Source of the DNA: Eubacteriales bacterium
Lineage (GTDB): Bacteria; Bacillota; Clostridia; Lachnospirales; Lachnospiraceae
Direction: 5' to 3'
Assembly: GCA_044425815.1 (NCBI GenBank)
Contig: JAWXVA010000003.1
Coordinates: 17,429-81,428, forward strand
DNA length: 64,000 nt
The notes beneath the pieces were generated by a model. The model saw only the letters and a program-made list of their open reading frames with translations. It had not been told where the DNA came from and searched no databases. Each line of letters opens with the position of its first letter. Position 1 is the stretch's first letter. The translations under genes were made by a program, and so were the position numbers. Of the stretch, positions 30,207-41,387 are shown piece by piece.

Positions 30207-30735
30207 TTAGTTTCTCCTGCCCTTTGTGAATCACTGGAATTCCACAAACAATTTCTATTACTACATCTGCATCTTGAGATAATCTCCTGTTGATTTCTCC
30301 CAGGTCTTTAATATACCCTTTTGTTTCATCCGCATATTCTACACCATCGTCAAATATCTTATTGCTCACAAGAATTAGATGCTCACTGCGACTTTTTAAT
30401 GTTTCGATTCCGCGCAATATCGATTCTACGTAGTTACCCTTGTTCTTCTCTTCTGCGAATCGTTCATTTGCAAGAAGCGTGGACATACATTCTAATAAAA
30501 TTGTATGATACCCCTCTTCTTTTATTTCTTTTAGGTTTCGATACCGCTCTAGCGTATGAAATCCTTTATTCTTGCGAAGCGCATGATGTCTCTCTATTCG
30601 ATATTTCGCCTCTTCTCCGAAGGGTTCCATTGTGGCTATATATAGCTTGGGTGCTTCTTGCGCAAGTCGTACACTCAAATTTTCTGCATATTCTGATTTT
30701 CCTGAAGCGGATCCCCCTATAATGAACACAACCAT
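30181..30735 (-). CDS. cobU: Adenosylcobinamide kinase/guanylyltransferase
   Basis: GGSASGKS, YIATM, RIERHH, LLECMSTLLAN; C-terminal EVGxGIVP motif degenerate. Confidence 0.88.
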   Translation of the reverse strand: MVVFIIGGSASGKSEYAENLSVRLAQEAPKLYIATMEPFGEEAKYRIERHHALRKNKGFHTLERYRNLKEIKEEGYHTILLECMSTLLANERFAEEKNKGNYVESILRGIETLKSRSEHLILVSNKIFDDGVEYADETKGYIKDLGEINRRLSQDADVVIEIVCGIPVIHKGQEKLNGEIKTNV

Positions 30736-30749
30736 ATTTTTATTCTCCT

Positions 30750-31796
30750 TTAATCGAAGGGCTCGTATGCATCGATTTCTATTTCTTGAAAATTACACAT
30801 TTCATTATAAATCAAGCTTGCTGTTTCCAATATATTAAACGCCATTACTGCACCTGTCCCTTCTCCTAGACACATATGCAAACTTAGCATCGGCTCTAAT
30901 CCTAGCGCATCCAACAACATTTCACCAGCTGGTTCCGCCGATACATGCGTTGGAATCATGAATGCTTTTGTACGAACATCTATAGTCTGTGCAACCAAAG
31001 CGGCTGTTGCCGAAATAAATCCATCGATTAAAATCGGAACTCGATAGATTGCACCTCCTATGAACATTCCACACATTCCCGCAATGTCTAACCCACCTAT
31101 TTTAGCAAGAATATCGATTCCATCTTCTCGATTGGGGTTATGCTTCGCTAATGCTTCTTGAATAAGTTGGGTTTTTCTCAATAATCCGCTAGCACTAAGT
31201 CCTGCACCTTTTCCTGTCACAATCCCTGGATCTTGATTCAGAATACACGAAGCAATTGCGCTACTCGTGGTTGTATTCCCAATCCCCATTTCTCCTGTAG
31301 CTATTACATCATATCCAAGTAATTTCAACTGCCTTACCATGTCGATACCTACTTGGATTGCTGCTTCCACTTGTTCTATAGTCATCGCACATTCTTTCGC
31401 GAAATTCTTTGTACCATACATCACTTTTTTGTTAACAATATCTGCATTTTCAGAATCAGATGCCATACCAATATCTATTACAATGAGATCTGCTCCACAA
31501 TGTTTGCTCATAAGTGCTACAGTGGCCTTATCCGTTGTCATATTTTCTGCTACGATTTTCGTTACCTCTTGTCCTACTTGTGTAACGCCTTCTTCTACTA
31601 TCCCATTGTCTGCGCACATAACTACTACTGCTTTTTTCTGGATTCGAACTTTATCTGTTTCAAAAATCCCAGCACATTGAACGATGACATCTTCTAGCTT
31701 CCCTAAGCTATTTAATGGGGTTGCAATTCCATCCCAATTACGCTTTGCTTGATGCATTGCTTCTAAATTCAATTCTTTTATTTGATATTTATTCAT
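30750..31796 (-). CDS. cobT: Nicotinate-nucleotide:lower-base phosphoribosyltransferase
   Basis: P..SLGKLE, ADNG...EGV, GEMGIGNTT.SSA, GG.DIAGM.G, DGFIS, LGEGTGA. Confidence 0.96.
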   Translation of the reverse strand: MNKYQIKELNLEAMHQAKRNWDGIATPLNSLGKLEDVIVQCAGIFETDKVRIQKKAVVVMCADNGIVEEGVTQVGQEVTKIVAENMTTDKATVALMSKHCGADLIVIDIGMASDSENADIVNKKVMYGTKNFAKECAMTIEQVEAAIQVGIDMVRQLKLLGYDVIATGEMGIGNTTTSSAIASCILNQDPGIVTGKGAGLSASGLLRKTQLIQEALAKHNPNREDGIDILAKIGGLDIAGMCGMFIGGAIYRVPILIDGFISATAALVAQTIDVRTKAFMIPTHVSAEPAGEMLLDALGLEPMLSLHMCLGEGTGAVMAFNILETASLIYNEMCNFQEIEIDAYEPFD

Positions 31797-31839
31797 CGCA
31801 AAAACTCCTTGCTATCCTCTTTCGTGCTATAAAGATTCC

Positions 31840-32478
31840 CTAACTTCTACTTGGATTTTTCATATACATCAGTGCATTAATAATGGCTGCTGCTACGTTA
31901 CTGCCGCCTTTTCGTCCTTTTGCCACAATATATGGAACAGAGCTTTGCATAATCAATTCTTTCGACTCCACTACATTTACAAATCCTACTGGTACTCCAA
32001 TAATAAGTCTCGGTGTGATGGCACCTTGTTCTATCATTTCGTGCAGTTGAATCAGTGCCGTTGGTGCATTCCCTATTACAAGGATCAATGGCTTCTCTAC
32101 TTCAGACGCTTTTATCATGGACTGTGTCGCTCTTGTAGTTCCATTTTTTTTAGCTCTTATTCGTACATCTTCGTCCGCAATATAACAATACGCTTCACAG
32201 CCTAGTTTCCCCAGACAAGGTTTGTTAATTCCGGCTAGCGCCATATTGGTATCAGTAACAATTACACACCCTTCTGATAAAGCTTGTAGCGCCGCATCTA
32301 CAGCAGTTTCTGAAAACACTAGATTCTCTACGTATTCAAAATCTGCGGAAGTATGTATGACACGCTTCAATATCGGTGCTGTTTTTTCCTCTATTTGTAC
32401 TTCCATATCTTCCAATTCTTTTGTAATGATCTGAAAGCTTTTATCTTCAATTTCATTTGGTAAATAATAAGTTATCAA
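31840..32478 (-). CDS. cbiC: Cobalt-precorrin-8 methylmutase
   Basis: P.EIE..SF.II, RVIHTSADF, IGNAPTAL, PVGFVNVVESKE, GRKGGSNVAAAIINA. Confidence 0.95.
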   Translation of the reverse strand: MITYYLPNEIEDKSFQIITKELEDMEVQIEEKTAPILKRVIHTSADFEYVENLVFSETAVDAALQALSEGCVIVTDTNMALAGINKPCLGKLGCEAYCYIADEDVRIRAKKNGTTRATQSMIKASEVEKPLILVIGNAPTALIQLHEMIEQGAITPRLIIGVPVGFVNVVESKELIMQSSVPYIVAKGRKGGSNVAAAIINALMYMKNPSRS

Positions 32479-32514
32479 AGCTATCCCCCCCTTGTTGCAA
32501 GAATTTACGTTCCT

Positions 32515-34029
32515 TTAAATTCCTTCTTCTAGTATCTGATAAATGTGCTTCATATCTAAGCTCTCTCTCACAATATCCGCTAATTTATCATATTCGCGAT
32601 TCTTAAATTCCTGAAGGCTTCCTGTTGTATGCGCTTCAAATGTGATTCCTTTCTTCGCAGCAAGCGCTTGCACCATGGTAATTACTATTTCTTCGCTATC
32701 AAATAGTCCATGAATATAACTACCATAAATATTCCCAATCGATACGCCGTCCGTTCCCACTTGTTGCTTTTCTTTGCTTTCGCTTCTATTTCTATAGGTT
32801 AAATGATTCATAGGTTTTGTCACTTCTGTTACCCCCATATGAATTTCATACCCTTCAAATGTCTTATGATTCAAATTTGCAAAAATTCCTTGTGCATTCT
32901 TAATAACGCCTTCTACTTGGGTTCTTGTTTTCTCTTTCTGGAAAATGGTATCTGCGTTAATCAATCCTAATCCTCGTTGCACGCCGCCACCTTCTACGTT
33001 AAAAGGGTCTTGGAGGCTATTGGTTAATATTTGGTACCCGCCACAAATTCCAAAGATGGCGCCTTCAGCACTTGCATATTTTAGCACTTGAGATTCCACT
33101 CCTGATTCTCGCATCCATTTCAAATCCTCTATTGTATTTTTAGACCCTGGAATGATTAATAAATCTGGTTTTCCAAATTGACTAAGATTTGAAATATAGC
33201 GCACCTTTATTCCAGCAAATATTTCAAATGCATTGAAATCTGTAAAATTAGAGATCTTGGGTAATCGAAGTACTGCAATATCTATCTCCCTCACTCCTTG
33301 GTTTGTTAACGACTCTGATAAACTATCTTCCTCATCAATCTGCAAATGAAAATAAGGAATGGTTCCAACTACTGGTACTGGTACTAGCTCTTCCATCATA
33401 TCAATTCCCGGCTGTAGAATCTTCAAATCACCACGGAATTTATTAATGATATTGCCTTTTATGTAGGATTTTTCTTCTTCCTTCTGTAACATATATGTTC
33501 CATATAGTGCCGCAAACACACCACCACGATCAATATCACCTACCATGAGTACCGGCGCTTTTGCCATCTTAGCCATCCCCATATTAACGATATCATTTTC
33601 TTGCAAATTAATTTCTGCTGGGCTACCTGCTCCTTCAATTACAATAATATCATTTTCTTCTGCAAGGGATTCGTAGGCTTCCATAATTGCTGGCACATAT
33701 GCTTTTTTATTACGATAGTACTCCACCGCTTTCATATTCCCCATTACTTCCCCATTTACAATCACTTGTGATCCTTGATCACTCGTTGGCTTTAATAAAA
33801 TAGGGTTCATACGTACATCTGGAACTTTATAAGCCGCCTCAGCTTGTACTACTTGCGCTCGTCCCATTTCAAGTCCTTGCTCTGTTATATAAGAATTCAA
33901 CGCCATGTTTTGGGATTTAAATGGAGCCACTTTGTATCCATCTTGTGCGAAAATTCTACAAAGTGCTGCTGCTACGATACTCTTTCCTGCATTTGAAGTT
34001 GTGCCTTGAATCATAATTGCTTTTGCCAT
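32515..34029 (-). CDS. cbiP: Cobyric acid synthase
   Basis: [59 protein letters not shown]. Confidence 0.97.
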   Translation of the reverse strand: MAKAIMIQGTTSNAGKSIVAAALCRIFAQDGYKVAPFKSQNMALNSYITEQGLEMGRAQVVQAEAAYKVPDVRMNPILLKPTSDQGSQVIVNGEVMGNMKAVEYYRNKKAYVPAIMEAYESLAEENDIIVIEGAGSPAEINLQENDIVNMGMAKMAKAPVLMVGDIDRGGVFAALYGTYMLQKEEEKSYIKGNIINKFRGDLKILQPGIDMMEELVPVPVVGTIPYFHLQIDEEDSLSESLTNQGVREIDIAVLRLPKISNFTDFNAFEIFAGIKVRYISNLSQFGKPDLLIIPGSKNTIEDLKWMRESGVESQVLKYASAEGAIFGICGGYQILTNSLQDPFNVEGGGVQRGLGLINADTIFQKEKTRTQVEGVIKNAQGIFANLNHKTFEGYEIHMGVTEVTKPMNHLTYRNRSESKEKQQVGTDGVSIGNIYGSYIHGLFDSEEIVITMVQALAAKKGITFEAHTTGSLQEFKNREYDKLADIVRESLDMKHIYQILEEGI

Positions 34030-34030
34030 T

Positions 34031-35416
34031 CTAGTTCTCCGTTTCTTTATATTCCTTACATTTCGTTAAAAATTTCTTGGCCAATTCCACTTGTCCTGAA
34101 AAATGGATGTGTGGGTACTGGGCAAATATATTCCCTTCACTATATCCTGTTTCCCATGATTTCCCTGTCGTTTTTTTTGCTTGATATGCAAATGGTTCCA
34201 TATCACTTTTTGAATAATGAAATTCATGTGCATGAACTGATTCCTCAATGAACGTTCCTTCTCTAATCGGTGTAAGTTTCACATATCCAAACTGATTTAA
34301 TTTCGTAGTCATCTCACAATGCATATCGATAATGCCTACCATTCTATGTCCTTCTATCGATTTTCCCAAATACATAAATCCACCGCATTCTGCGTATATT
34401 GGCATACTTTTATGATGCGCGTTTCGAATACAGGCTTGCATTGATTCATTCTTACTAAGGGTTTCTAGATAGAGTTCTGGATATCCTCCCCCTAAAATTA
34501 TCCCGACTACCTCTTCTGGCAATTCATCATCTTCTAGTGGTGAGAAATAATGCAGATGTGCTCCTAATGTTTCTAGCGTATGGAGTCCATCTTCATAATA
34601 GAAACAAAACGCTTTATCCCTTGCCACTGCAATATGTATTCCGTCGAATTCCTTCTCTGCCTTTTCATCGATTGGATATCCCACTCGATTTGCTTCATAT
34701 TGAAACGGAGCTGCCGTATGACCAATTGCAAGGAGTCTATCTACATCTATATATTGTTCTACCAATTCCCCTAACACCTCAATTTTTTGATTTAAATGCT
34801 CAATTTCCTGAGCTGTTACGAGTCCTAGATGACGACTCTCTATCATTGCCATTGGTTCCTTTGGTAAACAGCCTAATACTTCTAACCCTGTTTCTTTTTC
34901 AATCATTTCACGATAAAATGGTAACATCATCGGTGTTACTCTATTTAAGATAACTCCGACAATATGATTTTCTTTATAATTTTGGTACCCCTGTATCATA
35001 GCCACAATAGAGATAGATGCCCCTTTGCAATCTACCACTAGTATGGTTGGAATCTGAAACTCTTCTGCTATGTGATAAGTAGAATTCTGAACTGTATTTC
35101 CACCCAATCCGTCATAGTATCCCATGACCCCTTCTACCAAAGATAGGCTATTTTCATTCGTACTACTATTCTCAGCAAATAGAGCCTTCGTTATTTCTTT
35201 CGGGCATAGAAACATATCAATATTGCGGGACTTTGTGCCAATCACTTCACTATGAAACATGGGATCGATATAATCTGGTCCACACTTAAATGCCCGAACA
35301 TCTATCTTTCGTTTTTGTAATGCTCGTAAAATCCCACATGTCACCGTCGTTTTTCCGCATCCACTATGAGTTCCAGCTATTAATATACGGTTGATTTGAT
35401 CTTTACATTTGCTCAT
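34031..35416 (-). CDS. cbiA: Cobyrinate a,c-diamide synthase
   Basis: [54 protein letters not shown] 35416 overlaps the cbiET stop (ATGA). Confidence 0.96.
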   Translation of the reverse strand: MSKCKDQINRILIAGTHSGCGKTTVTCGILRALQKRKIDVRAFKCGPDYIDPMFHSEVIGTKSRNIDMFLCPKEITKALFAENSSTNENSLSLVEGVMGYYDGLGGNTVQNSTYHIAEEFQIPTILVVDCKGASISIVAMIQGYQNYKENHIVGVILNRVTPMMLPFYREMIEKETGLEVLGCLPKEPMAMIESRHLGLVTAQEIEHLNQKIEVLGELVEQYIDVDRLLAIGHTAAPFQYEANRVGYPIDEKAEKEFDGIHIAVARDKAFCFYYEDGLHTLETLGAHLHYFSPLEDDELPEEVVGIILGGGYPELYLETLSKNESMQACIRNAHHKSMPIYAECGGFMYLGKSIEGHRMVGIIDMHCEMTTKLNQFGYVKLTPIREGTFIEESVHAHEFHYSKSDMEPFAYQAKKTTGKSWETGYSEGNIFAQYPHIHFSGQVELAKKFLTKCKEYKETEN

Positions 35417-36645
35417 TCTAACGCCTCGCCTTGTCTTGCCCATATTAGATAAACTGGATTATTAGCCATCATAAGATGATAACTTCCAAGTTTCTTACTA
35501 CACGAACTATTGATGCAACTCACTTCATAGTCTAGATTCCGTTCTTTTAGTGCTTGCATTGACACATTTAAAGTCTCTAGCGTAATTGCGGTAATCAATA
35601 GCTCCACTTTCGGATTTCTATGAAATAGTACTTCTAACATTTGTGGAATATCACCTGAGCTTCCACCTATGAACACCTTGTCTGGAATTGGTAACTCCCC
35701 CATTTTATCCATAGCGTTGCATAAAAGAGGACACACATTATAACTTCCAAATCTCTTCACATTCTGCTGGATTGTTTCATAGGCTTCTGGATTTTTCTCC
35801 AAGGCATACACCATACCTTCATGCGCAAAACTAGCTAATTCCACTGTAACAGACCCTGTTCCCGCACCGATATCATATACGATATCGTCCTTTTTAATAG
35901 TTAAATAGTCCACTGCAAGGCTACGAATTTCTCGTTTACTCATGGGTACATTACTGCGTATAAATGCTTCATCTCTATAATGTTGGCACTTTGGTTTATG
36001 ATTGATATGATGCACGAACATTACGGTTAAATCTGAGAAGTCTTTATACTGTAAGAGTTCTTTTATACTTCCAGTTATTACTTTCTCTGTGTCCATAGAT
36101 AAGCTATCGCCAATTGTAATGATAAAATCTGACTCTGTATATGCTTGTAAGTGCTGTTCCAAATAATCCAATATCACAGCAGTAGTATTGTAACCACCTG
36201 TTAGTAGGAAAGTGTGTTCGTGATAAGCAATCGTTCCTAAGAGCTTTGAAATGGAATTTCTTCCATGGAGACTTAACACTTTGATGTTCTCATAGGAAAT
36301 TCCAAGCTTTGCACACAAATATTGCATAGAATTAATTCCAGCAATATTTATAACTTCGAATCGATCTTCAAAGTAGTTACGAAGCGTTTTTGCCATACTA
36401 AAAAACCCAACATCTCCAGACACCAAAACTGCAACATTGTCGTTTTTCTCTTGATGAAGTTTCTCAATGAGCGTTGTGTATTCACAAGAAATAATATTAG
36501 GATATGTTTCTCTATATAAAGCCGAAATTCGTCCAAATGCATAAACGACATCTGCTTGTTCTAATACTTCCACCCCCTGCCCTGTAAGCTGGGTTTCGTG
36601 TCCCATTCCTGCACCAATAATATAAAGCAATTTTTTTGTCATCAC
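35413..36645 (-). CDS. cbiET: Fused CbiE/CbiT cobalt-precorrin-7 C5 / 6B C15 methyltransferase
   Basis: IIGAG.G, SGDVGFFS, SLHGR; then PMSK.EIR, DIGAGTGS, FIGGS.G, NP. Confidence 0.9.
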   Translation of the reverse strand: MMTKKLLYIIGAGMGHETQLTGQGVEVLEQADVVYAFGRISALYRETYPNIISCEYTTLIEKLHQEKNDNVAVLVSGDVGFFSMAKTLRNYFEDRFEVINIAGINSMQYLCAKLGISYENIKVLSLHGRNSISKLLGTIAYHEHTFLLTGGYNTTAVILDYLEQHLQAYTESDFIITIGDSLSMDTEKVITGSIKELLQYKDFSDLTVMFVHHINHKPKCQHYRDEAFIRSNVPMSKREIRSLAVDYLTIKKDDIVYDIGAGTGSVTVELASFAHEGMVYALEKNPEAYETIQQNVKRFGSYNVCPLLCNAMDKMGELPIPDKVFIGGSSGDIPQMLEVLFHRNPKVELLITAITLETLNVSMQALKERNLDYEVSCINSSCSKKLGSYHLMMANNPVYLIWARQGEALE

Positions 36646-36664
36646 CTTCTCCTACTCTACTATA

Positions 36665-37027
36665 TTATAACGCCGCTTTTACGCGATCTACTAATACAGC
36701 TGCTAATCGTTCATCTACGCCCAACGTTTGCCCCATCGTTATGGTTACATCACTGTGCTTTTCTGTGAATTTTGCTAATTCCTCTGGGATATCTTCTCGA
36801 ATATGAATGCCACTAAACAAAAAATATGGTACTGCCACAATTTCTTTGATTCCTTTTGCTACTAAATTCTCTAATCCCACCTCTATACATTTCCCTGAAA
36901 ATTCCATAAATGCGTATTCTATTTCATAATCTACGACTTGTTGTTTTACCATCTCTACAATCTGAATTAATGTACTTTCTGTTGATTTCTCCCTACTTCC
37001 ATGGGCTAAAATAATAATACCTTTCAT
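36665..37027 (-). CDS. cbiX: Sirohydrochlorin cobaltochelatase, short single-domain CbiX(S) type
   Basis: AHGSR, PYFLFSGIHIREDIP, LG.D.RL; 120 aa. Confidence 0.88.
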   Translation of the reverse strand: MKGIIILAHGSREKSTESTLIQIVEMVKQQVVDYEIEYAFMEFSGKCIEVGLENLVAKGIKEIVAVPYFLFSGIHIREDIPEELAKFTEKHSDVTITMGQTLGVDERLAAVLVDRVKAAL

Positions 37028-37029
37028 AA

Positions 37030-38529
37030 TTAACGCTCCTTTTTTTCTAATATTTTTTCCACCATACTATGTACTGTAGCCACCTCTGAGACTTCATATG
37101 CTATCCCATACTGTTTTGCCATTGTAGCTGTTTGTTCTCCAATACAAATTCCCAAAACATTTGTTAAATTTGGTTGATTTTGCATAAAACTCTCCACTGT
37201 GGATGCACTTGTAAAGCATACTATGATTTTTTCTTGTGTGATTTGTGCTACGCTTCCTTGATTAATCTGAGTAGTTTTATATAATTTCAGTTCTTTATAC
37301 TTTATATTTTTCTTTTCTAATTGTTGAAGCAATTCATAATTTCCTTTTTCTGCTCGAAGAATCAGCACTTTGTCATTCTCTTCAATTTCTGGAATCAATT
37401 CCTCGGCGAGACTATATGCATTATATGTCTTTGGTACGAAATCTGCTCGTACTCCGTAGCTTTTTAACACGGTAGCTGTGGAAGGTCCTACTGCTACGAT
37501 TTTTGTATGGTACAAACATCTTGCGTCTTTCCCCATTTTCTCTAAATGCTCAAAAAATTGGATAACACCATTTTTACTTGTAAAGACAAGATACCTATAC
37601 TCTGAAATACCATGAATTTCTTTTGTTAACGATTCTTCTACAGGCAATGGTTCTATTTGTATCATTGGTAAATCAAACACTTCTGCACCAAATGCTCTTA
37701 GCTCTTTTTGAAGTTGTTTTGCTGAATTAGTAGGACTTGTCACTAGGATCCGTTCTCCATGTAGTGGTCGTGTTGTGAACCAATCAAATTCGTGTGATAA
37801 CGCGCATACTTTTCCTACAATAATAATAGAAGGCGATTGAAATTTCTCTTGCACTGCTTTCTCATAAATCGATTCGATTGTTGCAACTACTTTACGCTGA
37901 TTCGAACGGGTTCCATTTTCTACTAATGCTGCTGGCATTTTTCCTTCCATCCCTGCTTTGATTAACCCTTCACAAATTTCTTTCAAAGTGCTAATTCCCA
38001 TCAGAAATATTAAAGTTCCTTTTGTCTGCACTAGACTATCAAAATCAACCTTCAATGCTTCATTTTTCTTTTGGTGTCCCGTAATCACATGAAAACTACT
38101 ACAAAAATCTCTATGGGTGACGGGAATCCCTGCAAAGGATGGTGCTGCAATAGCTGAAGTAATTCCTGGCACTACTTCATATGGAATCTTGTGCAGTAAT
38201 AGTGTTTCTATTTCTTCACCACCTCGTCCAAATACGAAAGGGTCTCCACCTTTTAATCGAACCACCAAATTTCCCTCAAGCGCTTCTCTAACTAGGATTT
38301 GATTGATTTCTTCTTGCGGTATGCGATGGTGATTATTTTCTTTCCCCACATTAATTAATTTCCTACCGCATGGTATTAATTCCATAATTTCCTGAGAAAC
38401 TAAGCGATCAAAAACTACTACCTCTGCTTGTTCTAATAATTCTTTCGCTCGTAGTGTTAATAAGGATACTTCTCCAGGTCCAGCCCCTACTAGTGCCACG
38501 AACCCTACCTGACCTGTTGAATTATTCAT
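37030..38529 (-). CDS. cobA-hemD: Uroporphyrinogen-III C-methyltransferase / uroporphyrinogen-III synthase fusion
   Basis: [34 protein letters not shown]; C-terminal HemD ([19 protein letters not shown]). Confidence 0.95.
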   Translation of the reverse strand: MNNSTGQVGFVALVGAGPGEVSLLTLRAKELLEQAEVVVFDRLVSQEIMELIPCGRKLINVGKENNHHRIPQEEINQILVREALEGNLVVRLKGGDPFVFGRGGEEIETLLLHKIPYEVVPGITSAIAAPSFAGIPVTHRDFCSSFHVITGHQKKNEALKVDFDSLVQTKGTLIFLMGISTLKEICEGLIKAGMEGKMPAALVENGTRSNQRKVVATIESIYEKAVQEKFQSPSIIIVGKVCALSHEFDWFTTRPLHGERILVTSPTNSAKQLQKELRAFGAEVFDLPMIQIEPLPVEESLTKEIHGISEYRYLVFTSKNGVIQFFEHLEKMGKDARCLYHTKIVAVGPSTATVLKSYGVRADFVPKTYNAYSLAEELIPEIEENDKVLILRAEKGNYELLQQLEKKNIKYKELKLYKTTQINQGSVAQITQEKIIVCFTSASTVESFMQNQPNLTNVLGICIGEQTATMAKQYGIAYEVSEVATVHSMVEKILEKKER

Positions 38530-39442
38530 ACGACTCTGTTCCTTTCAATCGCTCTTTTTTATCTATTTCATCTAAGATACTCTGTGCTAATGTTTTCCCT
38601 AGCGTCTCTGCTTCCTCTAATGTCCCTTTTATTTGTTTGATTAGAAGCTCATTCGTATCACTTTGGAATAGACCAGTTAATAACAATTCACCTGCTTCTA
38701 TCACCCCATAGGCAGCAGTTGGTGTACTGCAACCTCCATCTAATTTACGTACAAAAGCTCGTTCTGCCTTGGTTACAATATACACACTTGGATCATGAAA
38801 ATGCTGTAGGTAACTGTAATCTTGACCAGCTCTTCCTTGTACAGCTAGTACACCTTGACCTGCAGATGGTATGATCTCTTCCACCGAAAAATATTCAGAA
38901 ATACGGTCTTCTAATCCACTTCTTTTTATTCCTGCTGCAGCAAGAACAATCGCATCGAATTCACCTTCATCTAATTTCTTAAATCGTGAGACAAGATTTC
39001 CTCGAATTGGTTTGATATTCTGATAGCCTAATTTCTCTAATTGTACTTGACGACGCTTGCTAGATGTTCCTACCAAAAGGCTCTTTTTATCCAACTGGTC
39101 TGCATCGATGTTCTCCTTATTTAGAATCAGCACATCCCTTGGGTCTTCCCTCCTTGATACAGCAACGATCGGTAATTCTGGATTCTCATCCATAGGCATA
39201 TCTTTGAAGCTATGAACAGTAATGTCCACCATATCCTTCTGAAGTGCCTCATCTAATTCTTTAACAAACAACCCTTTTCCGCCAATTTTATCTAAGGTTA
39301 CATCTAATATTTTATCTCCTGTCGTTTTCATTGGTATAATTTCTATCTCAATGCTACTGTCGTATTGTTTGATATTTTCTACCACAATTTCTGTCTGAAT
39401 CATAGCTAATTTGCTATCTCTTGTACCTACTCTAATCTTCAT
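38522..39442 (-). CDS. hemC: Hydroxymethylbilane synthase
   Basis: GTR.SKLAM.Q, GKGLFVKE, VHS.KD.P, REDPRD, GTSS.RR, RGN, GGCSTP. Confidence 0.97.
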   Translation of the reverse strand: MKIRVGTRDSKLAMIQTEIVVENIKQYDSSIEIEIIPMKTTGDKILDVTLDKIGGKGLFVKELDEALQKDMVDITVHSFKDMPMDENPELPIVAVSRREDPRDVLILNKENIDADQLDKKSLLVGTSSKRRQVQLEKLGYQNIKPIRGNLVSRFKKLDEGEFDAIVLAAAGIKRSGLEDRISEYFSVEEIIPSAGQGVLAVQGRAGQDYSYLQHFHDPSVYIVTKAERAFVRKLDGGCSTPTAAYGVIEAGELLLTGLFQSDTNELLIKQIKGTLEEAETLGKTLAQSILDEIDKKERLKGTESYE

Positions 39443-40644
39443 AATATGTCCCTAATAGCCTCTACTGTATTTTTCACTACATTATGTTTATCTCCATCTT
39501 TCGAGACAATTCCTCCTATCAAATCATGATTGTCAAAAAGTGCTGGAAAATAAAAATCACATTGTTTTGGATTGTCACACACATTTACCAGAATTCCGCG
39601 CTTTTTACACGCTTGATAAATTGCATCGTTTACCATCCTATCATTCGTTGCTGCTATAACAATATCACAATGTTCTAAGTGTTCTTCTTTAAATTCTGAT
39701 TGAATATACTGCACATGATCCGCTTCCAAAGCATCCCTTTCTTGTGCGACTACTTTTAGTGAACATGCGAATGAAGCAAGTTTCTCTATTCTACGCATGC
39801 CAACTTTACCTGCACCAACCACTAATACTTGTTTCCCTTTCATATCAAGAAATAGAGGGAATACCTTGCATTTCTCGTTATTCGTTTGGATGTGGAGTTC
39901 TTGTAGAAAAAATTGTTTCACTTCTTCTAATGTCAGTCCTTGTTCTACTGTTGGTCTCCCAACTGTTAGCAAGGTAGCTCCTGTAATCTTTGCTGCTTGA
40001 AATTTCTCTGGGAATCCACCATTTCCGCCTGTATCTTTGCTCACTACATACTTGATTTGAGCTCTTCGCATCATAGCTACATTCATCTCGATTGAAAATG
40101 GTCCTTGCATACAGATAATATTGGATGGTTGAAATCCTAAGTGAATCGCTTTTTCTAGTGATTCCATCGCCGGCAATATTCTAGGGTATACTCTAGATTC
40201 ATACGCTTTTATCTGTTGAAAATGATGCAAATCTTTGCTTCCTGTAGTCAACAAAATGTTACCTGTTTTATTCGATAAATATTCACAGAGTGTGATGATA
40301 TTATCAAAACGTATTCCTTGTTCTTTTGCACTTTCTCTGACGATTCTAATTTTCTTTGGACGCTTGTCCTTTAATGTTTCATACGCTGTGTTGATATTTT
40401 CGCTTACCACTTGCGCATACGGATGACTTGCATCTACAACATAATCATACTGGGCAATTAAATCTCGTATTTCTTGTGCTTCTAACCTACCTTCCAGTAC
40501 ATTTAACCCTGTGATATTTTCTATACAGAAGCTTCCATATTTTGTTGCTACACAAGCTGTAGTCTCTATATGATTTTGGCATAAATATTCGCAGATTTCT
40601 CTTCCTTCTTGTGTCCCTGCAAATACAATTACTCTTTTATTCAT
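39439..40644 (-). CDS. cbiJ: Cobalt-precorrin-6A reductase fused to a precorrin-2 dehydrogenase (SirC/CysG-N) domain
   Basis: N-terminal FAGTQEG, DASHPYA, MQGPFS, K.TG..GG..EK; C-terminal FPLFLD.KGK.VLVVGAG.VG.RR, AAT.D..VN, VNVCD.P..CDFYFPA. Confidence 0.85.
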   Translation of the reverse strand: MNKRVIVFAGTQEGREICEYLCQNHIETTACVATKYGSFCIENITGLNVLEGRLEAQEIRDLIAQYDYVVDASHPYAQVVSENINTAYETLKDKRPKKIRIVRESAKEQGIRFDNIITLCEYLSNKTGNILLTTGSKDLHHFQQIKAYESRVYPRILPAMESLEKAIHLGFQPSNIICMQGPFSIEMNVAMMRRAQIKYVVSKDTGGNGGFPEKFQAAKITGATLLTVGRPTVEQGLTLEEVKQFFLQELHIQTNNEKCKVFPLFLDMKGKQVLVVGAGKVGMRRIEKLASFACSLKVVAQERDALEADHVQYIQSEFKEEHLEHCDIVIAATNDRMVNDAIYQACKKRGILVNVCDNPKQCDFYFPALFDNHDLIGGIVSKDGDKHNVVKNTVEAIRDIL

Positions 40645-41368
40645 GAATCCGATACCCTCTAGGTGTTACTAATTTCCCTTGAATCACTTTCGTTGTTTCA
40701 TTTCCTATAATGACAGTGGTAAACATGTCTACCTTCTCTTCTTTCAACTCAGACAATGTCAGTATCTTGTGACCTTGTCCCTCTCTTCCTATATTACGCA
40801 CATAACCACACATCGTATCATCTGCAATATTTCTCATGATGATTTGACATGCTTTTTCTAAGAAATCATGCCTTTTTTTACTACTAGGATTATATAAAAC
40901 AATTGTAAATCCAGCCTGTGATGCTAAATCCAACCGTTTCTCGATTTTTTCCCAAGGTGTTAATAAATTACTCAATGAAATCACTGCGAAGTCATGCGTA
41001 AGTGGAGCACCTAATACTGCCGACGCACTCGTTGCTGCCGTAATTCCAGATACCACTTCAATCTCTGTATCCACATTTAATTCTTCACAGATTTCTATTA
41101 CTAGCGATGCCATACCATATACTCCTGCATCACCGCTAGAAACCATCGTAACAATTTTTCCTTCCCTTGCTTCCATCACTGCCATTTTGCAACGCTCTAC
41201 TTCTTTCATCATTGCTGTAGAAATGATTTCCTTTCCTTTGATTAGCTCTTGTATCAAGTCAATATAAACCGTATATCCGACAATAACTTCTGATGCTTCA
41301 ATGGAATCCAATGCTTTCTGAGTCATTTGTGATTGTTCCCCTGGACCCAATCCTACTATATATATCAT
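40637..41368 (-). CDS. cbiH: Cobalt-factor III C17 methyltransferase
   Basis: VGLGPG, VGY..YI, SSGDAGVYGMA, GAPL.HDF..ISLS.LLTPW, YNP.S.KR, TPRGY. Confidence 0.95.
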   Translation of the reverse strand: MIYIVGLGPGEQSQMTQKALDSIEASEVIVGYTVYIDLIQELIKGKEIISTAMMKEVERCKMAVMEAREGKIVTMVSSGDAGVYGMASLVIEICEELNVDTEIEVVSGITAATSASAVLGAPLTHDFAVISLSNLLTPWEKIEKRLDLASQAGFTIVLYNPSSKKRHDFLEKACQIIMRNIADDTMCGYVRNIGREGQGHKILTLSELKEEKVDMFTTVIIGNETTKVIQGKLVTPRGYRIHE

Positions 41369-41387
41369 CGTGCTACTCCCTTTCTTC

